Of a DNA stretch of 64,000 nucleotides, positions 24,776 through 38,010 are shown piece by piece. Position 1 is the stretch's first letter; each line of letters starts with the position of its first letter. Origin of the DNA: Octopus sinensis (lineage: Eukaryota); assembly GCF_006345805.1 (NCBI RefSeq), contig NC_043014.1, positions 34,720,001-34,784,000 of the forward strand, read 5' to 3'. Made by a program: the position numbers and the translations under genes. A model generated the notes under the pieces. It made no database searches. It was not told where the DNA came from and saw only the letters and a program-made list of their open reading frames with translations.

Positions 24776-25744
24776 ATATACACAACACGCTTCTTTCATT
24801 TTTTGTCTACCAAATCCACTCACAAGGCTTTGGACAGCTTGAGGCTATAGTAGAAGACACTTGCCCAAGGTGCCATGCAGTAGGACTGAACCTGGAACCA
24901 TGTAGTTGGGAAGCAAGATTCTTATCAACTTTCGCAATACTATTCCCCTACATCAAGGGGACTTTGTTTTGTCCTGCAAGGTACTTGGTGACCCTGTCTA
25001 TGATGGTGCTATGAAAAAGCACCCAGTACGTTCCGTAAAGTGGTTAGCATTTTGGCATTAGGGAGGGAATCTGATCACAGAAACCATGCTAAAACAGATA
25101 ACAGACAACAGAGTTTGACGCAGCCCTCTGGCTTGCCAGCTCTTCTCAAACCGTCCAACCCATGCCAGCATAGAAAACGGACGTTGAATAATGATGATGA
25201 TGAATATGACGATGATGATGCCACTGCTGCTGTTGCCGCTGCAACTGCTGTAGCCGTTGACCCCCACCCCACCCCGATACTGCCATCGTCACCACTGCCG
25301 TCACCACTGCCACCACCAACTCCGACCACGACGATATTTTATCTTTCATATAATAAGGAACTTGATTTCTGATGAAAATAAGTTTGAAGATAATTGTGCT
25401 TCAGAACTTTTGACAAGTAAAACTTTATATTCGTAATTATATATCAGTTAATCTGAACCCCATTTCCTTGTCTTCTACTCTAAAATGAAACAGACAAGAT
25501 GGAATTTTAAAAATGCCATAGTTTATCATCTAAATACCATCAGGTATACATTGTTTAAAAGCTTTCCACCCAGCTAATCTGCACTTTTTTCACCTTTTAT
25601 TTTATTCAACTTTTTCGTTTTTTCAATATTACTGTCTGCCCTAATCCCTCACCTTAACTCCAGGCATTTCAACACCTTTTCAATAATCAGGTCGACTGCT
25701 GTAGCTTAACATTTCAGTTACCTAAAAACCCAATCACACCCTGT

Positions 25745-26095
<351 letters not shown>

Positions 26096-26435
26096 TAGTT
26101 GATGGAAAAGGAGAAAAAGAGTGTTTATCTGCACCTGTCTTAAAATAATTAAAACTTAGTTGAAATTTTCATAGAAATTCATCTAAAAACACTTTCATAG
26201 TAGCGGTGGAAAGTAAAATCAGTAGAGCATCAGACAAAATAATTTGTTCTGTGCTATTTAGTTATATCCCTCTAAATTCTGATTTCCAGTTCTGCTTAGG
26301 TTGACTTAGCCTTCCATCTATTTTTTGGCTAATTAGAATTAGTATCAGTCATATGATATTCAGTGGTATATAGTGTGTAGGTTCAGTGTCATATAGTGGT
26401 ATAAAGTTCATAAGTTCAGCAGTATATCGTTGGTA

Positions 26436-26700
26436 AGTTCATCATCATCATCATTGTTCGACCGTGGTCGAGACAATGGAATTTACCATGCTACGCCAGA
26501 CTTCACGGTCCATCATAGCATTACGGAGGTCCTGTTGCTGGATGCCTGTATCCCTGGAGATTACATCAGGGTAGGAGAGTGTGTGCCCTCTGGTATTGCA
26601 AGTAGATGGCTTCCAGAGGAGAAGAGTAGAAATTACCTCTTTTTCAGCTCTACCACAATGTCCAGCAAACTGGACTCTCCTACCTTTCACAAGAGATGAC
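26436..26700 (-). mobile_element. 3' end of an RTE-clade (RTEX-like) LINE
   Basis: RRVQFAGHCGRAEKEVISTLLLWKP...DLRNAMMDREVWRSMVNSIVSTTVEQ* followed by a (GAT)n tail. Confidence 0.75.
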
Positions 26701-27545
26701 ACAGGTGGTTTTGGTAAGTTCAGTGGAATGGTTATGTTCTTTGCTTATAGGTCACAATGAATTTCCTGGCAGGAATTGGACATTTCAGGAATTGGACATT
26801 CCTGGTAGGAATTGGATATTGTGTATGGTGAGTGGTGTACAAGCTGGTGTGGAGTGTATTTATATTTGTGTGCAATGAGGTGTTGTTACTGTTGATGTTG
26901 ATTAGAACTGAGTAGCCCTTAAATCAAAGGCATTCCAGCATTGACCATACCATCATTTTTCATGGACATGGTATTTCTATATATCAATGAGACCATCACC
27001 TATATAGTACACTGGTGATCAAAGGTGTTCCAGCCATAACCATCCAGTCTTTTATTTTAGGATTACATTACTGGAAACATCCTTTAATTTTTAAAAATGG
27101 TTGTTTGTTTTGTGAAGGAGGTATTTTTCTATCAGATCAAATAGCTGTATGAAGTTGAACCAATTAGGGAATCTCTTCATGGTCACTTGATGTGCTAAAA
27201 TAGCAGCCAAATTTTCCTCAAATCATACCCTACTGCCTTAAATAAGGAAAGGACATATTAGATAGTATAGTTTTACATGGTCCTAAAAAGACAAGATGGT
27301 CATGGCCGGAATATGCTTGGTCATAGGTCTGCTTGATAAAAGTTGGACTGAGATTACACAATAGCAACTATATACAACAGAGGTTCTGAAACTGGGATAA
27401 ATTTCACTAAATAATTGGGTAAATTTACTGATTCTGGATTTATAAATAATTTTTGTAAATATTTGCAAATGCTTGTATATATATTTTTAAAATTCTGAAG
27501 TTAGGAAAAAATTTGAAGTAAGCTTATTTGGATTAAATGATCTAT

Positions 27546-27803
27546 ATTGCATTTGAACTTGAAATACTCATATTTAAAAACAGTATTTTAAATTTCCTCC
27601 CTCTTTGTTGTTTTATTATGGTGTAAGTATAAACTCAAATTGCCAAATCAAACTCAAGGGAAAAGGGTGAATTTATTGCATTTGAACTTGAAATACTCAT
27701 ATTTAAAAACAGTATTTTAAATTTCCTCCCTCTTTGTTGTTTTATTATGGTGTAAGTATAAACTCAAATTGCCAAATCAAACTCAAGGGAAAAGGGTGAA
27801 TTT
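27546..27803. repeat. Perfect 129-bp tandem duplication
   Basis: 27546-27674 matches 27675-27803; no mismatch seen. Confidence 0.93.
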
Positions 27804-28297
27804 ATGTTTAAAAAAAAGTTGTCAGGAGATGAGTGGAATGAAAAAGTTTGTGAACTCTGATACAGAGATTCTCATGTTGGCTTAAGATACTCTTTATTTG
27901 GCTTGTATGGAAAAATAGCTATTTTTATTGTTGAAGATTGGCTACTATAGTTTTAGATACGTTATACTTAGTAAAAAGATGAGGTAGTCATAGCTGGAAT
28001 GCTTTTGATCATATGGACAACTTGTGATTATCAACAATAACAAAACAGATAAATGAAACAGGAATTGTACACATAAATTACAACACATGAGACCACTGTA
28101 CTCAGATGCACATAAACTGCGCACATACATCCGTTAATATTCTTGACATGCATAGCTACATATAGTCATCTGATTGTAAAATCTATACACCTACAAGCCA
28201 ATATACATATGAACTTGATATCACATGTACACACAAAAATAAACAGTTCAATACTCGAACACATTAAAAAATACACACAAAAACACTATATTTATAT

Positions 28298-28343
<46 letters not shown>

Positions 28344-28344
28344 C

Positions 28345-28535
28345 AAGAAGGTTTACGAAAACAAACAAAAGACGAAGGCAGGTGGAGTACAAACAAACAA
28401 ATGTATTAGTATGGCGCTCAGGAATAGAAATAGAACACAAGTCTTTTACGTTTCGAGCCTACGCTCTTCAACAGAAAGATACACAGAAAAAAAACAAGGA
28501 GAGAAAAAATGCGTGTAGGAGCTAACGATCTATAT
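28345..28535 (-). mobile_element. Penelope-type terminal-repeat-like dispersed element
   Basis: Contains CTGTTGAAGAGCGTAGGCTCGAAACGT. A homologous copy lies on the plus strand at about 54720-54865, and this copy is flanked by (TA)n. Confidence 0.6.
28442..28479 (-). ncRNA. Minimal type I hammerhead-ribozyme-like motif, non-canonical core
   Basis: UCUUU-CUGUUGAA-GAGC(GUAG)GCUC-GAAAC-GUA/AAAGA. Stem I (5 bp), stem II (4 bp plus tetraloop) and a palindromic ACGU stem III are present. The core differs from CUGANGA. Confidence 0.45.
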
Positions 28536-28575
28536 ATATATGTGTGTGTGTATATGTATGTATATATACATATAC

Positions 28576-28619
<44 letters not shown>

Positions 28620-28993
28620 CAATGTACTGTTCCGTGATGGTAAGATCAACAAAAAAAGTTCTCCATTTGGTGAGAGATAAATATTATTTAATAGACGCAG
28701 TACATGTTTTTATGTGCAACTAATGGTTTAATATGTTGAGAAATACCTCAAACATATTCATCAGGTACAACCCACATATCACACACACGCACGTGCACGC
28801 ACTCACGCACAACACACACACACAACTCTGCACATATTCAATAACAGAGAAACAAATTTTCTCATACTCCATCTGTCTCTCATTTCTTCAATTTAAGAAA
28901 CATAACAATGACCGCCTGGTAAAATTAGTAACATGTGAACACAGGAGGAGATGGTCAGTAAAATTATTTGGGACAAGGATCAGAAACACTTAC

Positions 28994-29048
28994 CAACCAA
29001 ATAGGCACAGAGCACTGTAACGAAAACACCAAAACGAAATATCTCCAT
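28994..29048 (-). CDS. Candidate first coding exon, signal-peptide-like (MEIFRFGVFVTVLCAYLV)
   Basis: ATG with A at -3 and G at +4, a basic n-region plus hydrophobic core, and a consensus donor G|GTAAGT. Downstream exons are not established. Confidence 0.4.
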
Positions 29049-29132
29049 TATTGAGCTGTTTCTTATAAAGCAGGAGAAAAACCTAGGGGTCTGCTGTTGG
29101 GTGCAAGCAACAATGCAAATGGCTTCACAGCG

Positions 29133-29150
29133 TATTGGCCACGCCCAATA
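29133..29150. promoter_or_regulatory. Inverted CCAAT pair flanking an Sp/KLF-like CCACGCCC site
   Basis: TATTGGCCACGCCCAATA, about 85-100 bp upstream of the candidate ATG in non-repeat sequence. Confidence 0.35.
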
Positions 29151-29744
29151 ATTTAGATCTTATTCAATGATTATGAAATGAAATGATAAGTGACTATGTT
29201 GGCGGATTGTCAGAGCCTCAAACTTGCTTTGAAACTGTGATGACGGTGAAAAGTGTTAGCTTCAGGGTGAGATTTGTATAATGCTTGTTAATCTGCTAAA
29301 TGTTGATAGCACAGAAGGATTAATGCAAAGATAGATTATTGTCAATTTTATACGGCTAACCACCTTGTTAAAAAATAAATACGTCTTTGCCAAGCCTTTT
29401 TTTATATTTATTTTTTAGAAATTTGTGGAAAGGTTTTTTTTGGAAATTCCATATCTTTTATCAACAGTAAACTGTTTTCGAGAGACTGAAATAAAGTTCA
29501 CAGAATATAATTAATCCAAATTTAAATGATACATCATCATCATCATCATCATCATCATCATTTAGTTGGTTTGACTGGGGCTAGTAAACCAGAGACTTGC
29601 ACCAGACTCCATTCATTTGTCTTGGCTTTGGTTTCTACAGTCGGATGCCCTTCTTGATGCCAACCACTTTACAGAGTGTACTGGACGTTTTTTATGTGTC
29701 ACCGGCATAGGCATCTTTTATGTACAGGTGCTTTTTATGCTGAC

Positions 29745-30070
29745 CACTAAAGAAAGCTGACCAGAAGAGAATTAATGCATTCAAGCTTTGGTGTTGGAGA
29801 AGACTTTTACGGATTCCATGGACAGTGAAGCTCACCAATGGAGAAGTTCTTAAGCAGATTAGGCCGAAAATGTTGCTAGAAGCTAAGATCACCAAGCATA
29901 GATTGGCATATTTTGGTCATATTATGCAGAGAAAAAATCCCTGGAGAAGGACATCATGCTCGGAATGGACAGTGGCAAGAGAGGAAGAGGCCGACCAAGA
30001 ACCCGCTGGCTTGACACCATCAAGAGTGATACCGGAATGGACATAGCCAATCTGAAAGAAGCGGCCCTAG
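29745..30070 (+). mobile_element. BovB-like RTE LINE 3' fragment
   Basis: RINAFKLWCWRRLLRIPWTVKLTNGEVLKQIRP...RLAYFGHIMQR, then GRGRPRTRWLDTIK in a shifted frame. Confidence 0.8.
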
Positions 30071-31049
30071 ATAGATAGCCTTTTATGCGTCATCAGCACT
30101 GGCATTGACCAGAATTCAGTTAGCTTGACATGCCTTTTCAAGCACAGCAAGTTGCCTAAAGTCTTGATCACTTGTCATTGCCTGCATGAAACTCAACAAC
30201 TGAAGATCATGCTTCACCAACTCGTCCCACATCTTCCTAGGTCTACTTGATTCATAGGTTCCTGCCACGATTAGAGATCAGCATGGAATGCTCAGTCAAT
30301 GACCAAGGTTGACTAAGGATTTATATTGTAACATTCTTGGACAAACATTTTGCATGCATTTTGTACTCATTTTGGCTGCACCAGCAGTATAGACAGTGGT
30401 AGTGGCAGTAGAGGAGGCAGACATAGCCAGACTCTTGGTGTCGTTGGCTTCATCATTATTATTTTAATGCCTTCTTTTCATGCTCACATAGTCCAGATGA
30501 GAGTATTTGGGGGTAGAGTTTCAACAGCTGGATGTTTCTCCTATTGCCAACCTTCACCTTTTACCAGTTGGGGTAATAATCTCCCAGTCTTATTCAACAA
30601 CAAATAGCCCAGACATGTTTACATAGAGAACTAAGAATAAACGACACCGAAATGAACATTTTGTTTACAAAGATGGTGCAACATTCCAAAAAGCTTGGAC
30701 ATGATTTCATAGTGGATTGCAAACGAATAACAGAATCAGGAAACCATAGTTTACAATCAAAGAAACATACATGTAGACAAGAGCGAAATCTGAACTTATT
30801 CATACAAACATATTACATGTGTATAAGATTGACTTCTTTCATTTTCAATATACAAAATCTACTCATAAGGTCAGACTGGGACTTTGACAGAAGACTTTTG
30901 TCCAAGACACCATGCAGTGGGACTGAACCTGTAACCACATAGTTGGGAAGTGAACTACTTACCCCCCCCCCCCACATATACACATATATACATATTTTGT
31001 ACTTGTAAATAGTGACTTTAATATGCCACTTTTGGTGCAATAGTTTTAG

Positions 31050-31475
31050 TTCTTAGTTAACCTAGGATAATACTCTTTTACTCTTTTAATTGTTTCAGTC
31101 ATTTGACTGTGGCCATGCTGGAGCACCACTTTTAATCGAGCAACTCGACCCCGGGACTTATTCTTTTGTAAGCCCAGTACTTATACTATTGGTCTCTTTT
31201 GCCGAACCGCTAAGTAACGGGGACATAAACACACCAGCATCAGTTGTCAAGCAATGCTAGGGGGACAAACACAGACACACAAACACACACATACATATAT
31301 ATATATATACATATATATGACAGGCTTCTTTCAGTTTCCGCCTACCAAATCCACTCACAAGGCATTGGTCGGCCCGGGGCTATAGCAGAAGACACTTGCC
31401 CAAGATGCCATGCAGTGGGACTGAACCCAGAACCATGTGGTTGGTAAGCAACCTACTTACCACACAGCCACTCCT
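31050..31475 (-). mobile_element. tRNA-derived SINE, full-length
   Basis: Reverse complement of the family seen at 17715 and 34147. Confidence 0.9.
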
Positions 31476-32589
31476 GTATAATAGTATATAATAGTATATA
31501 ATAATTATTAGTCATGCTAGGACAACTCTATAAACCAATTGGAGGTGCCATTATTTAACCAAACATAACACTATAGAACAGTTGGATCATCTATTAGTTG
31601 ACCTAGGGTAATAATACAGAACATTTATTAACAAGATAACACTGTAGAATTGTTAAATAAGTCATTAGTTAAAAAAGGGCAACAATATAGAACATTTGGA
31701 TATATTGGTAATTAACCTCAGATAACACTTTAAAACTGTTAATATATTATTTGTTAAAATAGGATAACACTGGTCATATCATTTATTAACTTAAGATAAC
31801 ATTAGAATAGCTGCTGTTCCCTTAGAAAAATACTTTTAATTAAAATCCAGTACTAACAATCAGTTGAAATCATTGACACCACTTACTTATGTAATCCAAC
31901 ATTTTAAAAATCTGTTTTAAATAGCATTGAATTTGGCAATAAAATCTTCCTGTTAGAGTCTCCAGCTCAAAGTTTCTCCCTTCCTCACTTTTGAATTTCT
32001 ATCACTTCCTGAAACTACTTCACCCACCAGTAGCTGTTTGACAACTTCTTTGTCCTGCATTGAAGATATCTATCTTATCTCAACTCTCTCTCTCTCTCTG
32101 CAGACACCCTCTTCAGTTACTTCAATATACACATCTCACACAAATGTTGTGGACACAACTCAAATACTCAATTGGCTGTGTCACTTAGTATGATAGCCTG
32201 TGTCACTTGTATCATAACCCAAAGGTGTATGAAATGTTGGTGCATTGGTCAATACACCAAGACTTAGCCAGAAGAAGAACAGTATCCATGATTTTTTTAG
32301 GATTTTTGAGATTAGTTGGATGAAGGCCAGAATGCTGGCAACAGAGTGAACTCTACTAAATGCTCTCAAGAGCCAGGTGGTCATTCTGAGTCTATGGTAG
32401 AAGACATATACTCAATGCACAGTACAATAGGATTGATGCCTGTGCTCAAGCCATCACCATCCATCAGATTGTATGACCATGATTTAATCATGGCAACATA
32501 CCACACAACTTCAAACCATACAATATTTTTAAGCCTTTTGGTTGTCGTTCTTTATACCTAGGTCACCCTTGATTGAGCAGACCTATGAT

Positions 32590-32900
32590 AAAAATTATTG
32601 CAGCTTTTACCACCCCATGCCAGCGCCGCCTTGACTGGCTTCTGTGCCAATGGCACGTAAAAAGCACCAACCGATCCTGGCCACTACCAGCCTCCCCTGG
32701 CAACTGTGCCAGTGGCACGTAAAAAGCACCCACTACACTCACGGAGTGGTTGGCATTAGGAAGGGCATCAAGCTGTAGAAACACTGCCAGATCAGACTGG
32801 AGCCTGGTGCAGACTCCTGGCTTCCCAGACCCCGGTTGAACCGTCCAACCCGTGCTAGCACGGAAAACGGACGTTAAACAATGATGATGATGATGATGAT
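32590..32900 (+). mobile_element. RTE 3'-UTR module
   Basis: GGCACGTAAAAAGCACC units and the standard tail with (GAT)n. Confidence 0.8.
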
Positions 32901-33835
32901 TTAAGATGTTAGGGTGTTATTTGAAGTAGGTTCCGGCAGCTATTTTCTGTCAGGTCAAACGACCATGGAGAGACTTTCTTATTGTACTTCATGTCAGAAC
33001 AGTTTTACACCAGCTACCCCTTACAGTCTATTGAATTGATCTCAGTATTATTAGGAAGGATGCTGCACTAAGAGGGAGATGAAGCTCTAAGTGATCACTT
33101 GACTTGCTAGAAATAGTAGCCAAATTTCTCTCTTTAAAAATGGAAGGACACAAGATATTGTAGTTCACCTTTGGAACTATATCTTGCTGGATGACCACGA
33201 CTGGAATGTCTTTGATTATAAGTCTGCTTGATTATGGTTAACCTAAGATTAAACAACAACAAGACTGAAAGGTGCTGTAGATGTGGGGGGCCTCTTCATA
33301 GCTGGTTACCCTGCTAGAAATACCAGCCAAATCACTTCTACAGTCTTTAATGAAGAAATGGGATACACTGGATAATGAGATCCTAGATGTATTATGTTCA
33401 GAAAGCAAAAAATGTCAAGATGGTCACATTCGAAATGCCTTTTGACCAAGCAAATTTCAGGCTAAACCACAGTGATTAGGAAGCTTGCAAAGCAGCATTA
33501 AAACTGACAGGATTTCAACTACTTCTTCTGTCACTTTTGTACTTGAAGATATTAAAAGGTGAACAGAAAACGATATTTGTGCACACAGTATTATACAACA
33601 AATTAGTTCTTATAGAACTGTACTGCAGGCTAATATTGAAGAAGATTAGAATAAATATTACACACGTGAACACACAGACACACACACACATAACACATAA
33701 GAAGATCAAAGATGGTCAGTCAAAAGGTCATTGTTGATGTGCAGCCCTCGGTCAACTCTAATTAAAAACAATGAAGGCTCTACATGGTTGCTCAAATGTT
33801 AGAAATAGTAGCCAATTTGCCTCAGATTACACTCT

Positions 33836-34712
33836 CTTAAAAGCATCAATAAGGTCTTCATTGGAATACCTTTGATAATATTTTGCACTATCTAATAGAA
33901 GTTCTCAGCAAGCCTGAATATTCGATTCTTCCTCATCATCTGATGTCCGTTTTCCATGCTGGCATGGACTGGACACTTTGACAGAATCTGATGTGTATAT
34001 GACTGTGTCAAGCTCCAATGTCAACTTTAGCATGGTTTCTATGGCTAGATGTCCATCCTCATGCCAGTCTTAAAAACACCAATAAGGTCTTCATTGGAAT
34101 ACCTTTGATAATATTTTGCACAATGTAATAGAAGTTCTCAGCAAGCATAGGAATGGCTGTGTGGTAAGTAGCTTGCTTACCAGCCACATGGTTCTGGGTT
34201 CATTCCCACTGCGTGGCACCTTGGACAAGTGTCTTGTACTATAGCCTCGAGCCAACCAAAGCCTTGTGAGTGGATTTGGTAGACGGAAACTGGAAGAAGC
34301 CCGTTGTATATATGTATATATATGTATGTGTGTATATGTTAGTGTGTCTGTGTTTGTCCCCCCACCATAGCTTGACAACTGATAGTGGTGTGTTTACGTC
34401 CCCATAACTTAGCAGTTCAGCAAAAGAGACTGATAGAATAATTACTAGGCTTACAAAGAATAAGTCCTGGGGTCGATTTACTCGACTAGAAGGCGGTGCT
34501 CCAGCATGGCCGCAGTCAAATGACTGAAACAAGTAAAAGAGTAAAAGAGTAAGCCTCAATGCTCAATTCCTCATACTCATCATTATTTGATATCTGTTTT
34601 CCATGCTGGATGGACTTGAAAGTTTAACAGAATCTGATGCATTGCAGGACTGTGTTGAGCTCCAATGCAATCTTTGTCTTGGTTTCTATGGCTAGGTGTC
34701 CATCCTAATGTG
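33836..34712. repeat. Older tandem duplication (about 235-bp unit), second copy split by a SINE
   Basis: 33836-33913 matches 34070-34147 with 4 mismatches. The downstream RTE-tail halves (about 33915-34069 and 34551-34712) are also homologous. Confidence 0.75.
34147..34550 (+). mobile_element. tRNA-derived SINE, full-length
   Basis: Head, internal microsatellite and GTAAAAGAGT tail. Confidence 0.9.
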
Positions 34713-35199
34713 TACTGGATGCTTTTTTGTGCTACCAGTGCTAGTGAGCTTGCCATACAACCCACTTTATCACCCTTACTACTGCACTCATACTCACACT
34801 TATAAGACAAGAGAAGGCGAAACACCTCCTCAAATGAGTGATGAGGTGGGGGTATTTGATAGAGTACAGAGTGGTTTATGCCAGGTATTGTGGAGTTAAT
34901 GAATGATAAAGGTACAAGCACGGGTGTCTTGCTACAGAAGAAATACAAGACTACTCTATATTATATAAAAGTTGGTGGGAGTAACTGGAAAGAAGCTAGG
35001 GATGGTAACGACAAGGTGCCAAAGCATCTCAAGATAAAAGGATGTGAGTATAAGAGAGATTCACTACAGCCATTAATGTCTGAGTATAGCATGACCATTA
35101 TATAGTCATTATCCTAACACTATATTTCTATTTTTATAATTCCAAGATAATATGTTTACAATAGACATCAATATTATTGTCCAAAAATCCATCAAATGT

Positions 35200-35610
35200 A
35201 TATCTCTCTCTCTTTAACTTGTTTCAGTCATTTGACTGCGGCCATGCTGGAGCACCACCTTTAGTCGAGCAACTCGGCCCCGGGACTTGTTCTTTTGTAA
35301 GCCCAGTACTTATTCTATCGGTCTCTTTTGCCAAACTGCTAAGTAACGGGGACATAAACACACCAGCATCAGTTGTCAAGCAATGCTAGGGGGACAAACA
35401 CAGACACACAAACACACACATGCATATATATATATATATATATACATATATACGACGGGCTTCTTTCAGTTTCTGTCTACCAAATCTACTCACAAGGCTT
35501 TGGTCGGCCCGAGGCTATAGTAGAAGACACTTGCCCAAGGTGCCACGCAGTGGGACTGAACCCAGAACCATGTGGTTGGTAAACAAGCTACTTACCACAC
35601 AGCCACTCCA
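35200..35610 (-). mobile_element. tRNA-derived SINE, full-length
   Basis: Reverse complement of the same family. Confidence 0.9.
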
Positions 35611-37974
35611 TGTATGTGTGTGTGTGTGTGTGAGGAGAGTATTGATGACTGGGGATGCTCTTGTTACACTTACCCACTGCACTTCGCCTGCATCTCTTTC
35701 ATTGTTTTCTCTCCTCGGCCCCACCATCCTGGATGCTTTCATCTTCTGAGTCCCCTCTTCCTACCAACCCCTCCTTACCTCACTGCATTCATCCTTCACT
35801 CCTCCTTCCTCTCTTTCCTTCGATGACTCTTCAGATTCTTACCACCTTCATTTATTTCCCTCTTTTTGATTTTCTTTTACTCAAACTTATAGTATGGGAT
35901 AACCTAAGACAACATCATTGTATAACCTACTTTATCACCCTAACTACTGCATCCATACTCACCCTTAAAATGTGAGATTCTGAACTCCCAACGCAATCTT
36001 CATCACCCCACTTAGTACTTGGTCCCATAGTCTTACTAACCCTTGATACTAACCTCTTCTGTTTTCCCCTATCCCTTAGATACTCCCTTTCTTTAGGCTC
36101 TTACTCTTTGATTGTGGAAGAAACGACTTTCATGTGTAGTTTTATCGCAAGATGGTTTCGGTTTGTGAATACCATAAAACATTGACTCTGAACTATCAAT
36201 ATCCAGGATTTTGTATTGATAGTCAAGTTTGGAGACCAGCTAATTATGGACTGTTGACGAATAACAAATTGACTGATAGTAGTGTTGATGTTCTAGATCA
36301 GTCTCTTTACCACAAACCTTTGTCAATTTGCATGCAGTACCCTAATATACATGTGCATAGAGTGGCGACTATTTGGCAATACACAGGTAAACAATGGTTT
36401 CAAATTTTAGGCAAATATCATAAATCAATGTTCTTTGCATCTTTGAAAATCCCACTAGCAACACAATTATTTCGTTTGTTGCTTGATAAAGAAGCACAAA
36501 GATTTTAGCATTTGTGTTCTGTGCCTGTTCTATAAGCACAACAATGTTGCTGTACTGAATGCTGCCAACATCATTTCTTGAACCAAAGTTTTGCAACTCT
36601 TTAAACCTACAAAGTTAGAATTTACTGCAGAACACTGTTGCAGCCTCTTGACTTAGCTGTATCAGAATCGGTTGCAGCAACACTGGATGAAGACAAAATT
36701 CTTGCCTTGTTTCTTCACTAAACAAGCTTAAGATGTTTAATATCTTTAATATCTTGTTCTTATATTTTTGTTGTAAGCCTGTTGTAGACATAATGATGCG
36801 ATTGAGAAGTTTACTTCGCAACTACATGACTTTGAAATCAATCCGGCTGCATAGGTATCTTGATGGCGTGACTTCTATCATGGTCTCAAATCAATCTCTG
36901 TGTGTGTGCGTGTGTGTTGCCCTCTTTCTCTGCTTTACAAGTGGTGTTGGTTTGTTTACACCCCCTGATGTAGCGATTTGGCAAAACAAATTGATAGAAT
37001 TACTTCCAGGCTTTAAGAAATAAGCATTGAGGTCGATTTGTTGGATTAAATCCTTCAGAGTGGTGCCCCATTATGGTTGCAGTCCAATGACTAAAACATG
37101 TGAAAAATAAAGATAATACGAATTGTCAATGCATGTCATAAAATTGGTTTGTATGATATTACGGACACTCAAGTTTAATCTATCACCACATATGTAATCT
37201 CAAATACTGCTTCCCTGATTTCAGTCAATCCGTATGGAAACCCTTTGATCTGCACGCTGACCGGGTGGATTCTGGATAGTGGTTCAAGGGAGACAATCCC
37301 TTACGCTTGATCTTTGTGTGTTTCAAAACTAGTCCCGAAACCTTTTCTCCATCCAATTTGAAAAGAGGTTATAAGCCACCTGCCATTAGGGTCTGTCGAG
37401 ATGCGTGTAAAGTTAAACGCTTTATGGACGCGAAACCCTGGGTAACCCTATGAACCGGCCATAACTAACATTGGCAAGACTTCCACCCATCCCACCCCCC
37501 AAAAGAACACCCTTAAGTTTTTTTCGACACAAACTCCACTTATCGACTACGGGGAATACGAATCTGCAAAAAAAAAAATGGCAAAAATCGACATTTCTAA
37601 ATTACCACCTCGAACACCATTTCCTTCATTTTTAACTTTCTTCACAATTTTTTTTTCAAAATATGCTTAAAAATACGGAGATTATGATTCTGAAAAAAGT
37701 TTCCAAAAATTTTTTTTTCTAAATTTACGGAAAAATACGGACATCATGATTCGGACAAAAATTTCAAAACATTTCTGTACTTACGGTTAGGGTTTTAGGG
37801 TTAGTGTTGGGGAAAAAAGTCAAAATTGAAGAAGTTGGGGGGAAAAAACTTTACAATGCCGATTTTTGGCAATTTTCCGGAACCTCCGTATCCGAAAACG
37901 GGGATTTTTGGCAAAAAAAAATACAAAAATAAACAAATTTGGGAGAAAATGGGGGGGGGGGGTCTTTCCCTAAC

Positions 37975-38010
<36 letters not shown>

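Noticed and set aside
27945-28130. Exon-like CPYDQKHSSYDYLIFLL
   Set aside because: It overlaps the dispersed motif GTCAT(A/G)GCTGGAATGC(C/T)TTTGATCATA seen in other repeat copies, and its phase does not fit the candidate first exon.
37785-37810. Telomere-like TTAGGG units
   Set aside because: Only about 3 imperfect units inside a probable dispersed repeat; not an interstitial telomeric array.
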